DNA of 64,000 bases from Eledone cirrhosa. Its lineage: Eukaryota. The stretch is from positions 86,118,001 to 86,182,000 of the forward strand of contig OZ024745.1 in NCBI GenBank assembly GCA_964016885.1. The letters are read 5' to 3'. Shown here in pieces: positions 38,066-53,539 of this stretch. Under the pieces are notes generated by a model. The model did no database searches and had not been told where the DNA came from. It saw only the letters and a list, made by a program, of their open reading frames with translations. Both the position numbers and the translations under genes were made by a program. Within the stretch, counting starts at the first letter, position 1, and each line of letters starts with the position of its first letter.

Positions 38066-38650
38066 ATAATTGTTTCTACTTTTGGCACAAGGCCAGCAAT
38101 TATCCCAGTGTATTACTGGTACTTTATTTTATCGACCCTGTAAGGATGAAAGGCAAAGTTAACCTCGGCGGGATTTGAAATAATTGTTTCTACTTTAGGC
38201 ACAATGCCAGTAATTAGCCAGTACATTACTGGTACTTTATTTTATCGACCCCCGTAAGGATGAAAGGCAAAGTTAACCTCGGCGGGAATTGAACTCAGAC
38301 TGTAAAGGGACGTAACTATGCTAGAAAGCATGGCGTCCAACCCTCTACCGATACTGCCAATATTTGAAATAATTGTTTCTACTTTAGGCACAAGGCCAGC
38401 AATTACACAGTGCATTACTGGTACTTTATTTTATCGAGCCCGTAAGGATGAAAGGCAAGACTAGTGTTTTGTCTAGATTAGAAACCGATGGATTGGCAGT
38501 ATCGGTAGAGGGTCGGACGCCATGCTTTGCAGCAAAGAGTTGCGGCCCTTTATGATCTGAGTTCAAATCCCTCCTTACGGGGTCGATAAAATAAAGTACC
38601 AGTAATACACTGGGATAATTGCTGGCCTTGTGCCAAAAGTAGAAACAATT
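38066..38650. mobile_element. Cluster of four SINE A copies (three minus, one plus)
   Basis: Minus copies at 38066-38180, 38180-38361 and 38368-38458. Plus copy at 38489-38650. Confidence 0.85.
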
Positions 38651-39564
38651 TAATACTTCTTGAAATATTTGGGTTATTTTTTTCTTTTTGAATCACATAG
38701 ATATGGGTATTTAAGTTTTAGTAGTATGGTTACTGAGAATAACTTACTCTTTCAATTTTGCCCACACTTTAATGTAGACAAAGACCTTCCTTTGCTCTAC
38801 CTCTGTAGTTTAAAATTTGCTGGTGTTAATATGGAAAATTATGCTTCTGACTAAAACACCTTTCTTATATCACTTTCTTTATAACTTATCAAAGATATAG
38901 TCACCGATGAATAAAAGTAAACATACACACACGTACACCAGGTCCGAATACAGAGTAGCCGAACTCCCACTGTCATCGCCTCCATCTCTCACTACTATGA
39001 GCAATTGGGGTCCCACGCGCAGGCTGCCCTACGACCCCTGCGGACAGAATAGAGAAAGCGTTTCCTCGGAAGATGGCGAGGGAGATGCGGTGGAAAAGCC
39101 ATTCCATCTCGCGAGGGTCACACCTGGCACCGTCCATAATTCCTACTTCAAACTTCGTAAACACACACAACCACCAACATGCTCTCAATATGAGTATGGA
39201 GGAGATAGGTGTGTGAAGAGAGAAAGAGAGACTTATAAAAAAAAATACGTCACCGAGGGACAGGTTCCTAGTACAGGAATATAAAACAAAACTTCACTAG
39301 CATCTTTCCCAGGTAACCTAAATTTAGAAGGCTTCACTGTCTCCGTTTCTTGTTTCTCGAAACTGCAGCAAGGTAGGCATAGTGAAGCCTACTACTTTTA
39401 GGTTGCTTTACTAGGTATCTACTCATACGGAAAGATGTTAGTGAAGTTTTCTTGTTTTAGATTGCTTTACTAGGAATCTACGCCCTCGGCGACATAGCGC
39501 TTTAACGATCTTTACATTGAGATGTTCTATATACTGGTGTCAAATAACTTTTTCTATGATATAG

Positions 39565-40280
39565 CTGTATATATTTGTGTATGTATATGTGTGTGTGTAT
39601 GTATGTATATGTATATATATGTGTGTATATATATATTTGTGTGTATATGTATATATATATTTGTGTGTATATGTATATATATATTTATGTGTGTATATGT
39701 ATATATGTATGTATATATGTATGTGTATATGTATATATATATATGTATGTGTATATATGTATATGTGTATATGTATATATATGTGTATATGTATATATAT
39801 GTGTATATGTATATATATATGTATGTGTATATGTGTATATGTATATATATATGTATGTGTATATGTATATATATGTATGTGTATATGTATATATATGTAT
39901 GTGTATATGTGTATATGTGTATATGTATATATATATATGTATGTGTATATATGTATATATATATATGTATGTGTATATATGTATATATATATATGTATGT
40001 GTATATATGTATATATATATGTATGTGTATATATGTATATATATATATGTATGTGTATATATGTATATATATATATGTATGTGTATATATGTATATATAT
40101 ATATGTATGTGTATATGTATATATATATGTATGTGTATATGTATATATATATGTATGTGTATATGTATATATATATGTATGTGTATATGTATATATATAT
40201 GTATGTGTATATGTATGTATATATGTATGTGTATATATATATGTATATATGTATGTGTATATGTATATATATATATGTGT
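39565..40280. repeat. Compound (TA)n/(TG)n microsatellite
   Basis: Nearly pure TA and TG dinucleotides. Confidence 0.98.
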
Positions 40281-43200
40281 CATCATCATCATCGTTTAAC
40301 ATCCGTGTTCCACGCTTGCATGGGTTTGGACGGGGGTTTTCCCACTTGAGGCAAGAGTGATTGTCTTCCTCGCATAGGACTGTCTGGCAGGTTTTCTACA
40401 GTTGGATGCCCTTCCTAACACCAACCACATTTACAGTGTGGGTCTGGGAGGTTTTTACCGTGTTGCCTACACGGCCACATTACAGCGTGGACTGTGTGTT
40501 TTTTTGTCGTGACACCTACACAATCTCATTTGTTTCGGCCTGGATGGTGTGGCACCAACATAACTTTACATAGAAGGGGGCGGTGTGGATAGGGTGGGGG
40601 GTGGTGGGACGGGGGTGTATTTTGTTAGAGATGCCTACTGACTGTAGTAGGTTTTACTTTGTATTTAGGTAAGGCGGGTCTTCTCTATTACTGAGTACCG
40701 CCAAAGGTCTCGGTCCAGTGACATTGTCTTGGTGAGGTGTAAGTGTGTGAGGTCGGAGTTTATCAGCTCGTCCCAGGTTTTTCTGGGTCTGCCTATTCCG
40801 TGGCTACCGTCTATCTTTATTGCCCTGCACTTTGTTATACAGCTATCGTCCTTCATGCGCATCACGTGACCATACCAACGTAGCCTTCTCTCTAGTAAAC
40901 AACATCTGATCCCTCTTATTTCTAATTTTTTCCTTAGTTCGTTTATGCTTTGTTGTTCACGTATATTACTATTACACATCCAGTGGAGCATGCAAGCTTC
41001 GTTTCTCTCTAGTCTGCGTATATCCTCTGCACACAATACCCAGGTCTCACTGCCATGCAACATTGCTGTTCGTATGCAGGCATCATACAGCCTGCCTTTC
41101 ATTTTTAGGGAGAACCCTTTAGCGGCTAATAGTGGTATAAGCTCTCTGAACTTTTTCCACCCAGTTCTGACTCTAGCTACTGTACTTTCAGAGCACCCTC
41201 CCCCACTGTTGATTTTGTCACCCAGGTAACGGAAGCTGTCCACTATTTCTATAGAACCCTCTGCGCAGTTGAAAGAGCTAGTATTTTGTGGGCATTTGCT
41301 GCTACTTATTGCCCCAGAACACCGGCCACATGTAAAATCTATGTTCTTAGTTAGCTTACCTGTGATCCCACTACATCTTTTATGCACCCAAACTTTGCAT
41401 TTGGGACACAAAATGAAATTTCTACCTATGCCTTTCCTACACTCTGCGCATGGCCACTTCCCGGAGGGGACCGCCGCCTTATTTTCTTTCTTACAAACTA
41501 GAACTTTAGTCTTAGCCAGGTTAATTTTAAGGCCTTTTGATTCTAGGCTGTGCTTCCATGTTTGGAATTTCTTCTCTAGCTCGGCCATTGATTCAGCTAT
41601 GAGCGTTAGATCATCTGCGTATAGGAGTTCCCATGGGCAGCCGGTCTTGAACTCCACTGTTATAGCCTGGAGGGCAATAATAAATAGTAGGGGGCTAAGA
41701 ACAGAGCCCTGATGAACACCAACTTTTACACTAAACTCTTCACTATATTCGTTGTTAATTCTAACCTTGCTGACTGTTTCTCTATACATGGCTTGTATAG
41801 CTCTCACAAGCCATTCGTCAACACCTAGTTTTCTAAGAGACCACCAGATAATGGAACGGGGGACTCTGTCGAAGGCTTTCTCCAAGTCGACGAAAGCTAA
41901 GTATAGGGGTTTACTTTTAGCTAGGTACTTCTCCTGTAGTTGTCGTACAATGAAAAGAGCGTCTGTGGTACTTTTTCCTGACACAAACCCGAACTGCATT
42001 TCATCTAGATCAATTCGCTCTCTGATTAGTTGCGCTATTACTTTTTCCGTGACCTTCATGACCTGGTCGATTAATTTAATGCCTCTATAGTTACTCCTAT
42101 CTAGGGCATCTCCTTTACCCTTATAACAGTTAACGATAATGCTGCTACGCCAGTCCTTCGGAACAACCCCATTCTGTATGACTTGGTTGACTATCCGGGT
42201 GACCATGGTGTGTCCCACCGTACCAGATGCCTTCAGCATCTCGGCAACTATTTCCGAAGGCCCAGCCGCCTTGCCTGTCTTCATATCTTTGATTGCCTAA
42301 CTTATTATACTACCCTCAACTAACACTGCTGGTCCCTCTATTGGGTCGATGTGGGGGAGACTGTCTTTCTCCCATTTATTCTCCTCATTTAGTAGCCTTT
42401 CATAGTGACACTTCCAAGCTACCTTCTTATCGGCGTCGGTGATGGCAAGTACGTCGTCATCGTTAAGTACACACTTCTCCCCGACAATATCACTGTTTTC
42501 CTTGACGCATTGCCTAGCAATCCTGAACAACTCACGTTTTTGGTCATCGCGTTGTAGAACATGCTTGTACTTTCTTTCCTCAGCTTCCCTTCTTGCTAAG
42601 TACACTTGTCTCCTAGCTTCCCTCCTGGCCACTTGATAGTCTTCTCTGCTTCCCCCATCCTGCCATACTTTCCAAGCCTGCTTTTTGGCCTTAATTGACC
42701 CCTCCACCTTACTGTTCCACCACCATGTTACTCTCCTCCTGCCTACAGGCCTGCTCCAGCCACAGACTTCGTCTGCCGCCGTCAGCAGGTTTGCTTTCAG
42801 GAATTCCCACTGTTCCTCTACCTTGTACGTCTCTAATTGCTCTTCCTCACTGTCGAAAGCATCAAGTAATATGCTTTGGAATTTATTTTTGGCTGTGGGG
42901 TCCTTTAGCTTCCATATTTTTCTCCTGAGGATAGTTCTCTTCTGTTGTCTAGTACGTCTCATCCTGACTATGAGGTCGCTAATTATCAGTCTATGTTGGG
43001 AGGTGCATTCTTCATGGGGGAGGGATTTAGTGTTTACAACAGACACTCTGTCACGTCTTCTGGTAAGGATATAATCTACCTGGCTTGTGTGTTCCCCGGA
43101 TCTATAGGTGATCAGGTGATTGTCACGTTTTTTGAAGTTAGTGTTACAGATAGTTAGGTTATTTGCATCACAGAATTCCAGGATTCTGGAGCCTTCCTCA

Positions 43201-43750
43201 TTTCTAGTACCAAACCCATAGCCTCCATGGATTTCGTCGTAGCCGTCACAATGTTGTCCAACGTGACCATTTAGGTCGCCTGCAATAATTATATAGTCAC
43301 TGTCGGATATTTGGGAGGTAGTTAGCATCAGTGTCTCATAGAATCTGTCTTTTATAGTGCCGGGCAGTCCGGATTGGGGTGTGTACGCAGATATTACTGT
43401 CACCGTAGTTCTATTGAGGACAAGTCGTATTTTAATTATACTGTCGTTCACTCTATTTACGTCTATTATCTTATCTGCCCACTTTTCTGCTACCATGATT
43501 CCTACTCCACCCAGCCCATCGTCGTTTCCCACCCAGAAAAGCTTATAACATCGTTTTTTACCCACAATGTATCTAGCAGATCCACCCCTCCACCTGGTCT
43601 CTTGAATACAACAAACATCGACCTCCTTACGTTCAAGCATTTCTACAACCTCGTTAGCGCGACCCTTTAGGGTGCCTACATTTATGGTACTAACTCTGAA
43701 GTTTTCGATTGCGTTTGGGGGTTGGGGGCGGGGGGAGATGGGGTTATGTT
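40281..43750 (-). mobile_element. RTE-clade LINE, near full length, one premature stop
   Basis: APE domain ([34 protein letters not shown]) and RT domain (YRGIKL, QFGF, DLEKAFD, QGSVLSP, YADD). 3' UTR at 40281-40664 with a (GAT)n tail. Confidence 0.95.
40665..43748 (-). pseudogene. RTE endonuclease-reverse transcriptase ORF broken by a single in-frame TAG at 42297-42299
   Basis: ORFs 42297-43640 and 40665-42284 are in the same frame (IIS*AIKDMKTG). The frame stays open upstream of 43640 to a TAA near 43750 without an ATG. Confidence 0.9.
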
Positions 43751-43906
43751 AACCGTCCGCGGTCGAAACAATGAGGAGTGCTCGCATTCTCGTCCACGAG
43801 GTGAATTTGTCTTTATCTTTATCTTTGGCATTGTCGCTGAGCGTCCAGATTTTTCTCTCTCTCCTCCACTCTCCAGGATTCCGCAGTCCATCCATCCATC
43901 GTATAT

Positions 43907-43907
<1 letters not shown>

Positions 43908-43947
<40 letters not shown>

Positions 43948-44550
43948 ATATATATATATGTATATGTATATATGTGTATATATATATATGTATATGTATA
44001 TATGTGTATATATATATATGTATATGTATATATGTGTATGTGTATATATATATATGTATATGTATATATGTGTATATATATGTATATGTATATATGTGTA
44101 TATATATATATATGTGTATATATATATATGTGTATATGTGTATATATATATATGTGTATATGTGTATATATATATATGTGTATATATATATATGTGTATA
44201 TGTGTATATATATATATGTGTATATGTGTATATATATATATGTGTATATGTGTATATATATATATGTGTATATATATATATGTGTATATGTGTGTATATA
44301 TATATATGTGTATATGTGTATATATATATATGTGTATATGTGTATATATATATATGTGTATATGTGTATATATATATATGTGTATATGTGTATATATATA
44401 TGTGTGTATATGTGTATATATATATATGTGTGTATATGTGTATATATATATATATGTATATGTGTATATATATATATATGTATATGTGTATATATATATA
44501 TATGTATATGTGTATATATATATATATGTATATGTGTATATATATATTTA

Positions 44551-44624
<74 letters not shown>

Positions 44625-45242
44625 TATGTATATGTGTATATATATATGTATATGTGTATATATATATGTATATATATATATGTGTATATGTAATATGTAT
44701 ATATATATATATATATATATGTATATGTGTATATATATATGTATATATATATATGTGTATATGTATATGTATATATATATGTATGTGTATATATATATGT
44801 ATATATATATATATATGTATGTGTATATATATATGTATATATATATATATGTGTATATGTATGTATATATATATGTATGTGTATATGTATGTATATATAT
44901 ATGTATGTGTATATGTATGTATATATATATGTATGTGTATATGTATGTCTATGTATGTGTATATGTATGTATATGTATATGTGTATATGTATGTATATAT
45001 ATATGTATGTGTGTATGTATATATATATGTATGTGTATATGTATATATATATGTATGTGTATATGTATATATATATGTATGTGTATATGTATATATATAT
45101 GTATGTGTATATGTATATATATATGTATGTGTATGTGTATATATGTGTATATGTATATATATATATATATATGTATGTGTATATGTATATATATGTGTAT
45201 ATGTATGTATATGTATATATATATGTATGTGTATGTGTATAT

Positions 45243-45274
<32 letters not shown>

Positions 45275-45579
45275 ATATGTATATATATATATATGTATGT
45301 GTATATATATATATATGTGTGTGTATATATATATATATATGTATGTGTATATATATATATATGTATGTGTATATATATATATATGTATGTATATATATAT
45401 ATATATGTATGTGTATATGTATATATATATATATATGTATGTGTATATATATATATATGTATGTGTATATGTATGTATATATATATATGTATGTGTATAT
45501 GTATATATATATATGTATGTGTATATGTATATATATATATGTATGTGTATATGTATATATATATATGTATGTGTATATG

Positions 45580-45610
<31 letters not shown>

Positions 45611-45623
45611 GTATGTGTATATG

Positions 45624-45657
<34 letters not shown>

Positions 45658-46287
45658 TGTATGTGTGTATATATATATATATATATGTGTATATGTATAT
45701 ATATATATATGTGTATATATATATATATGTATGTGTATATGTATATATATATATATATGTGTATATATATATATATGTATGTGTATATGTATATATATAT
45801 ATATGTGTATATGTATATATATGTGTATGTGTATATACATATATATATATGTGTATATGTATATATATGTGTATGTGTATATACATATATATATATGTGT
45901 ATATGTATATATATGTGTATGTGTATATATATATATATATATGTATGTGTATATATATATATATGTGTATATGTGTATATGTATATATATATATGTATGT
46001 GTATATGTATATATATATATGTATGTGTATATGTATATATATATATGTATGTGTATATGTATATATATATATATGTATGTGTATATGTATATATATATAT
46101 GTATGTGTATATGTATATATGTATGTGTATATGTATATATATATATGTATGTGTATATGTATATATATATATGTATGTGTATATGTATATATATATATGT
46201 ATGTGTATATGTATATATATATATATGTATATATGTATGTATATATATATGTATATATATATGTATATATATATGTATATGTATATG

Positions 46288-46318
<31 letters not shown>

Positions 46319-46805
46319 GTATGTGTATATGTATATATATATATGTATGTGTATATGTATATATATATATATATGTGTATATGTATATATATGTGTATAT
46401 GTATATATATATATATGTGTATATGTATATATATATATATGTGTATATGTATATATATATATATGTGTGTATATGTATATATATATATATGTGTATATGT
46501 ATATATATATATATGTGTATATGTATATATATATATATGTGTATATGTATATATATATATATGTGTATATGTATATATATATATATGTGTATATGTATAT
46601 ATATATATATGTGTATATGTATATATATATATATGTGTATATGTATATATATATATATGTGTATATGTATATATATATATATGTGTATATGTATATATAT
46701 ATATATATGTGTATATGTATATATATATATATGTGTATATGTATATATATATATATATATGTGTATATGTATATATATATGTATATGTGTATATGTATAT
46801 ATATA

Positions 46806-46840
<35 letters not shown>

Positions 46841-46859
46841 GTGTATATATATATATATA

Positions 46860-46890
<31 letters not shown>

Positions 46891-47386
46891 GTGTATATGT
46901 ATATATATGTATATGTGTATATATATATATATATGTGTATATGTATATATATGTGTATATGTATATATATATATATGTGTATATGTATATATATGTATAT
47001 GTGTATATATATATATATATGTGTATATGTATATATATGTGTATATGTATATATATATATATGTGTATATGTATATATATATATATATGTGTATATGTAT
47101 ATATATATATGTGTATATGTATATATATATATGTGTATATGTATATATATATATGTGTATATGTATATATATATATGTGTATATGTATATATATATGTGT
47201 GTATGTATATATATATATATGTGTATATATATATATGTGTATATGTATATATATATATGTGTATATGTATATATATATATGTGTATATGTATATATATAT
47301 ATGTGTATATGTATATATATATATGTGTATATGTATATATATATATGTGTATATTTATATATATATATGTGTATATATATATATAT

Positions 47387-47418
<32 letters not shown>

Positions 47419-47611
47419 GTATATATATGTGTATATATATATATGTGTATATGTATATATATATGTGTATATGTATATATATGTGTATATATATGTGTAT
47501 ATATATATATGTGTGTATATATATGTGTATATGTATATATGTGTGTATATGTATATATATATATGTGTGTATATATGTATATATATATATGTGTGTATAT
47601 ATGTATATATA

Positions 47612-47644
<33 letters not shown>

Positions 47645-47725
47645 GTGTATATGTATATATATATATGTGTGTATATATATATATGTGTATATGTATATAT
47701 ATATGTGTGTATATATGTATATATA

Positions 47726-47758
<33 letters not shown>

Positions 47759-49453
47759 GTGTATATGTATATATATATATGTGTATATGTATATATATAT
47801 ATGTATGTATATATATATATGTGTGTATATATATATATGTGTATATGTATATATATATATGTGTGTATATATATATATGTGTGTATATATATATATGTGT
47901 ATATGTATATATATATATGTGTATATGTATATATATATATGTGTATATGTATATATATATATGTGTATATGTATATATATATATGTGTGTATATGTATAT
48001 ATATATGTGTGTATATGTATATATATATATATGTGTGTTTATATATATGTGTGTTTATATATATATGTGTGTATATGTATATATATATGTATGTGTGTAT
48101 ATGTATATATGTATGTGTGTATATGTATATATATGTGTATATGTATATATATGTATATATATATATGTATGTGTGTATATGTATATATATATATGTATAT
48201 ATATATGTATGTGTATATTTTTATATATATATATGTGTATATTTTTATATATATGTATGCGTCTATATTTTTATATATATATATGTGTATATGTATATAT
48301 ATGTGTGTATATGTATATATATGTGTGTATATGTATATATATGTGTATATGTATATATGTGTATATGTATATATGTGTATACGTATATATGTGTATATGT
48401 ATATATATATATGTGTATATATATATATGTGTATATATATGTATGTGTATATGTATATATATATATGTATGTGTATGTATATATGTGTATATATATATAT
48501 GTGTATGTATATATATGTGTATATATATATATGTGTATGTATATATATGTGTATGTATATATATGTGTATGTATATATATGTGTATGTATATATATGTGT
48601 ATATATATATGTGTATATATATATATGTGTATATATATATGTATGTGTATATATATATGTATGTGTATATATATGTATGTGTATATATATATATATGTGT
48701 ATATGTATGCGTATATGTATATATATATATATATGTATATATATATGTATATGTATATATATGTATGTGTATACATGTATATGTGTATACATGTATATGT
48801 GTATATGTATATGTATATATGTATATATGTGTATATATGTATATATGTGTATATATATATATATGTGTATATATGTAGATGTGTGTATATATATATATGT
48901 GTGTGTATATATATATGTGTATATGTATATATATGTGTATATGTATATATATGTGTATATGTATATATATGTGTATATGTATATATATGTGTATATGTAT
49001 ATGTGTGTATATGTATATATATCTCTGTGTATATGTATATATATATATATGTATGTGTATGTATATGTATATATGTATGTGTATATATATATATATATAT
49101 ATGTATGTGTATATGTATATGTGTATATGTATATGTATATATATATATATGTGTATATGTATATGTATATGTATATATATATATGTGTATATGTATATAT
49201 ATATATCTATATGTGTATATGTATATATATATATCTATATGTGTATATGTATATATATATATCTATATGTGTATATGTATATATATATATCTATATGTGT
49301 ATATGTATATATATATATCTATATGTGTATATGTATATATATATATGTATATGTATATATATATATATGTATATGTATATATATATATGTGTATATGTAT
49401 ATATATATGTGTATATGTATATATATATATGTATATATATATATGTGTATATG

Positions 49454-49484
<31 letters not shown>

Positions 49485-51253
49485 GTATATATATATATGT
49501 GTATATGTATATATATGTATATATATATATGTGTATATGTATATATATATGTGTTTATGTATGTGTATATATATATATATATGTGTTTATGTATGTGTAT
49601 ATATATATATGTATGTGTATGTGTATATATATATGTATGTGTATATATATATGTATGTGTATATATATATGTATGTGTATATATATATGTATGTGTATAT
49701 ATATATGTATGTGTATGTATATATATGTATGTGTATATATATATGTATGTGTATATATATATGTATGTGTATATATATATGTATGTGTATATATATATGT
49801 ATGTGTATGTATATATATGTATGTGTATATATATATATATATATATGTATGTGTATATATATATATATATGTGTATATGTATGTATGTGTATATATATGT
49901 ATGTATGTGTATATATATATATGTATGTGTATATATATGTATGTGTATATATATATATATATATGTATGTGTATATGTATATATATATATGTATGTGTAT
50001 ATGTATATATATATATATGTATGTGTATATGTATATATATATATGTATGTGTATATGTATATATATATATGTATGTGTATATGTATATATATATATATAT
50101 ATGTATATGTATATATATGTATGTGTTTATGTATATATATGTATGTGTTTATGTATATATATGTATATGTATATATACATATATATATGTATGTGTATAT
50201 ATATATAGATGTATATGTGTATATGTATATATGTGTATATGTATATGTGTATATGTATATGTGTATATGTATATGTGTATATATGTATATGTATATATAT
50301 ATGTATACGTATATGTATATATATATGTATACGTATATGTATATATATATATATGTATGTGTATATGTATATATATATATGTATGTGTATATATATATGT
50401 ATGTGTATATATATATGTATATGTATATATATATATGTATGTGTATATGTATATATATATATGTATGTGTATATGTATATATACATATATATGTGTATAT
50501 GTATATATATATTTGTGTATATGTATATATATATGTGTATATGTATATATATATATGTGTATATGTATATATATATTTGTGTATATGTATATGTATATGT
50601 GTATATGCATATATATATATGTGTATATGTATATATATGTGTATATGTATATATATATATGTATATATATATATATGTAATAATAATAAAATTGAAGACT
50701 AAAATCCAAAGAGTGCTCGATAAGGTGAAAGCAGCGATTCTTTGCTTAAACTTTAATCGGTTATTTTAATAAATATATATATATGTATATGTATATGTTT
50801 ATATATGTATATATGTATATATATGTATATATGTATATATATATATCTGTATATATATATGTATATATAAATATGTATATGTATATATATATATGTATGT
50901 GTATATGTATATATATATATGTGTATATGTATATATATGTGTATATGTATATATATGTGTATATGTATATATATATATATGTGTATATGTATATATATGT
51001 GTATATATATATATATGTGTATATGTATATATATATATGTGTATAGGTATATATGTGTATATATGTGTATATGTATATATATATGTGTATATGTATATAT
51101 ATATATATATATGTGTATATGTATATATATATATATGTGTATATGTATATATATATATATGTGTATATGTATATATATATATATATGTGTATATGTATAT
51201 ATATATATATGTGTATATGTATATATATATATATGTGTATATGCATATATATA

Positions 51254-51284
<31 letters not shown>

Positions 51285-51428
51285 GTGTATGTGTATATAT
51301 ATATGTGTATGTATGTATATATATATATATATATGTGTATGTGTATATATATATATATGTGTCTGTATATATATATATGTGTATGTATATATATATATAT
51401 GTGTATATATATATATGTGTATATGTAT

Positions 51429-51460
<32 letters not shown>

Positions 51461-52402
51461 GTATATGTATATATATATGTATATGTATATATATATGTAT
51501 ATGTATATGTATATATATATGTATATATATATGTATATATATATATATATGTGTATATATATATATGTGTATATATATATATGTGTATATGTATATATAT
51601 GTGTATATGTATATATATATATATGTGTGTATATGTATATACATATATGTGTATATGTACATATATATATGTGTATATGTATGTGTATATGTATATATAT
51701 ATATATATATGTGTATATGTATATACATATATGTGTATATGTACATATATATATGTGTGTATATATATATATGTGTATATATATATATGTGTGTATATAT
51801 ATATATGTGTGTACATATATATGTGTGTACATATATATATGTGTGTACATATATATGTGTGTGTGTATATATATATGTGTGTATATATATATGTGTGTAT
51901 ATATATATGTGTGTATATATATATGTGTGTATATATATATGTGTATATATATATATATGTATATATATATGTATATATATATATGTGTATATGTATGTAT
52001 ATATATATGTATATATATATATGTATATATATATATATGTGTATGTGTATATGTATGTATATATATGTTTATATATATATATGTGTATATGTATATATAT
52101 ATATATGTGTATATGTATATATATATATATGTGTATATGTATATATATATATGTGTATATGTATATATATATATATATGTGTATATATATATATATATGT
52201 GTATATGTATATATATATATATGTGTATATGTATATATATATATATGTGTATATGTATATATATATATATGTGTATATGTATATATATATATATATGTGT
52301 GTGTATATGTATATATATATATGTGTATATGTATATATATATATATATATATGTGTATGTGTATATGTATATATATATATATATATGTGTATATGTATAT
52401 AT

Positions 52403-52434
<32 letters not shown>

Positions 52435-52443
52435 GTGTATATG

Positions 52444-52530
<87 letters not shown>

Positions 52531-52777
52531 GTGTATATGTATATATATATATATATGTGTATATGTATATATATATATATATGTGTATATGTATATATAT
52601 ATATATGTGTATATGTATATGTATATATATATATATGTGTATATGTATATATATATGTGTATATGTATATATATATATATGTGTATATGTATATATATAT
52701 ATATGTGTATATGTATATATATATATATGTGTATATGTATATATATATATGTATATATATATATATGTGTATATATA
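43908..52777. repeat. ~8.9-kb compound TA/TG microsatellite with a 97-bp unique island at 50678-50774
   Basis: Alternating pyrimidine-purine tract, almost free of C on the + strand. Confidence 0.98.
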
Positions 52778-52909
52778 CAAGAGGAAAGAGAAAATTTAAA
52801 ATTTATGAGACCAATAGAGATATGTACATTTATATATTTATATCTAGATATTGCTATCATCATTTACAGTCCCTCTGTGTTTAATGTATGTTCATTAGTA
52901 TATGTGTTG

Positions 52910-53213
52910 TTATTTCTGCTTGCATTTTGCATATATACATATATATATCTATATATATGCTTGCGTGGACCCCTCTCAAAATTCGTTGGATTTTCTAATT
53001 GGATACCCCAACACTGGATACCAACACTGAATACACCTGAACTTCTACCAGGAAATCTTTCGTTGTCATTTCTGCTTGCATTTTACATATATAGATATAT
53101 ATATCAATGGTTGCGTGGACCCCTCTTAAAGATTCGTTGGATTTTCTAATTGGATACCCCGAAACTGGATACCAATCACTGAATACACCTGAACTTCTAC
53201 CAGGAAATCTTTC
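52910..53213. repeat. ~155-bp tandem duplication
   Basis: Two copies of atttctgcttgcatttt...gcgtggacccctct...ggatacccc...ctaccaggaaatctttc. Confidence 0.9.
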
Positions 53214-53539
53214 ATATCAGTGAAAAAAAAAATGTTCTTTTCTTTGCTTCATATATATTATATATACTTGGCCGCCATTGCAAAAGGCCATAAATTCAAA
53301 ATTTTGAAGAGAGAGGAAAAGAGAGAAGTGATCTATGAACTTGTAACATCTCACTGACCCCCCCGTCACCACAATAACAATAACGCCTACACTCGCTCCC
53401 CACCATCACCACATTACTCTAAGGTCGCTGTCCTGTCCCCTGTTGACATACTGCTGACTATCTTTTGATGTATGTATGTGTATATACATATGTGTATGTG
53501 TGTGTATATGTGTATATCTCTGTGGATGCGACCAGATTT

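Noticed and set aside
40945-43670. Plus-strand ORFs over the minus LINE, and minus-strand ORFs within 54227-57343
   Set aside because: Antisense shadows of the RTE coding sequence with no recognisable motifs.
50678-50774. Island as an exon or ribozyme
   Set aside because: No ferlin-like peptide, no convincing splice acceptor and no complete hammerhead core on either strand.
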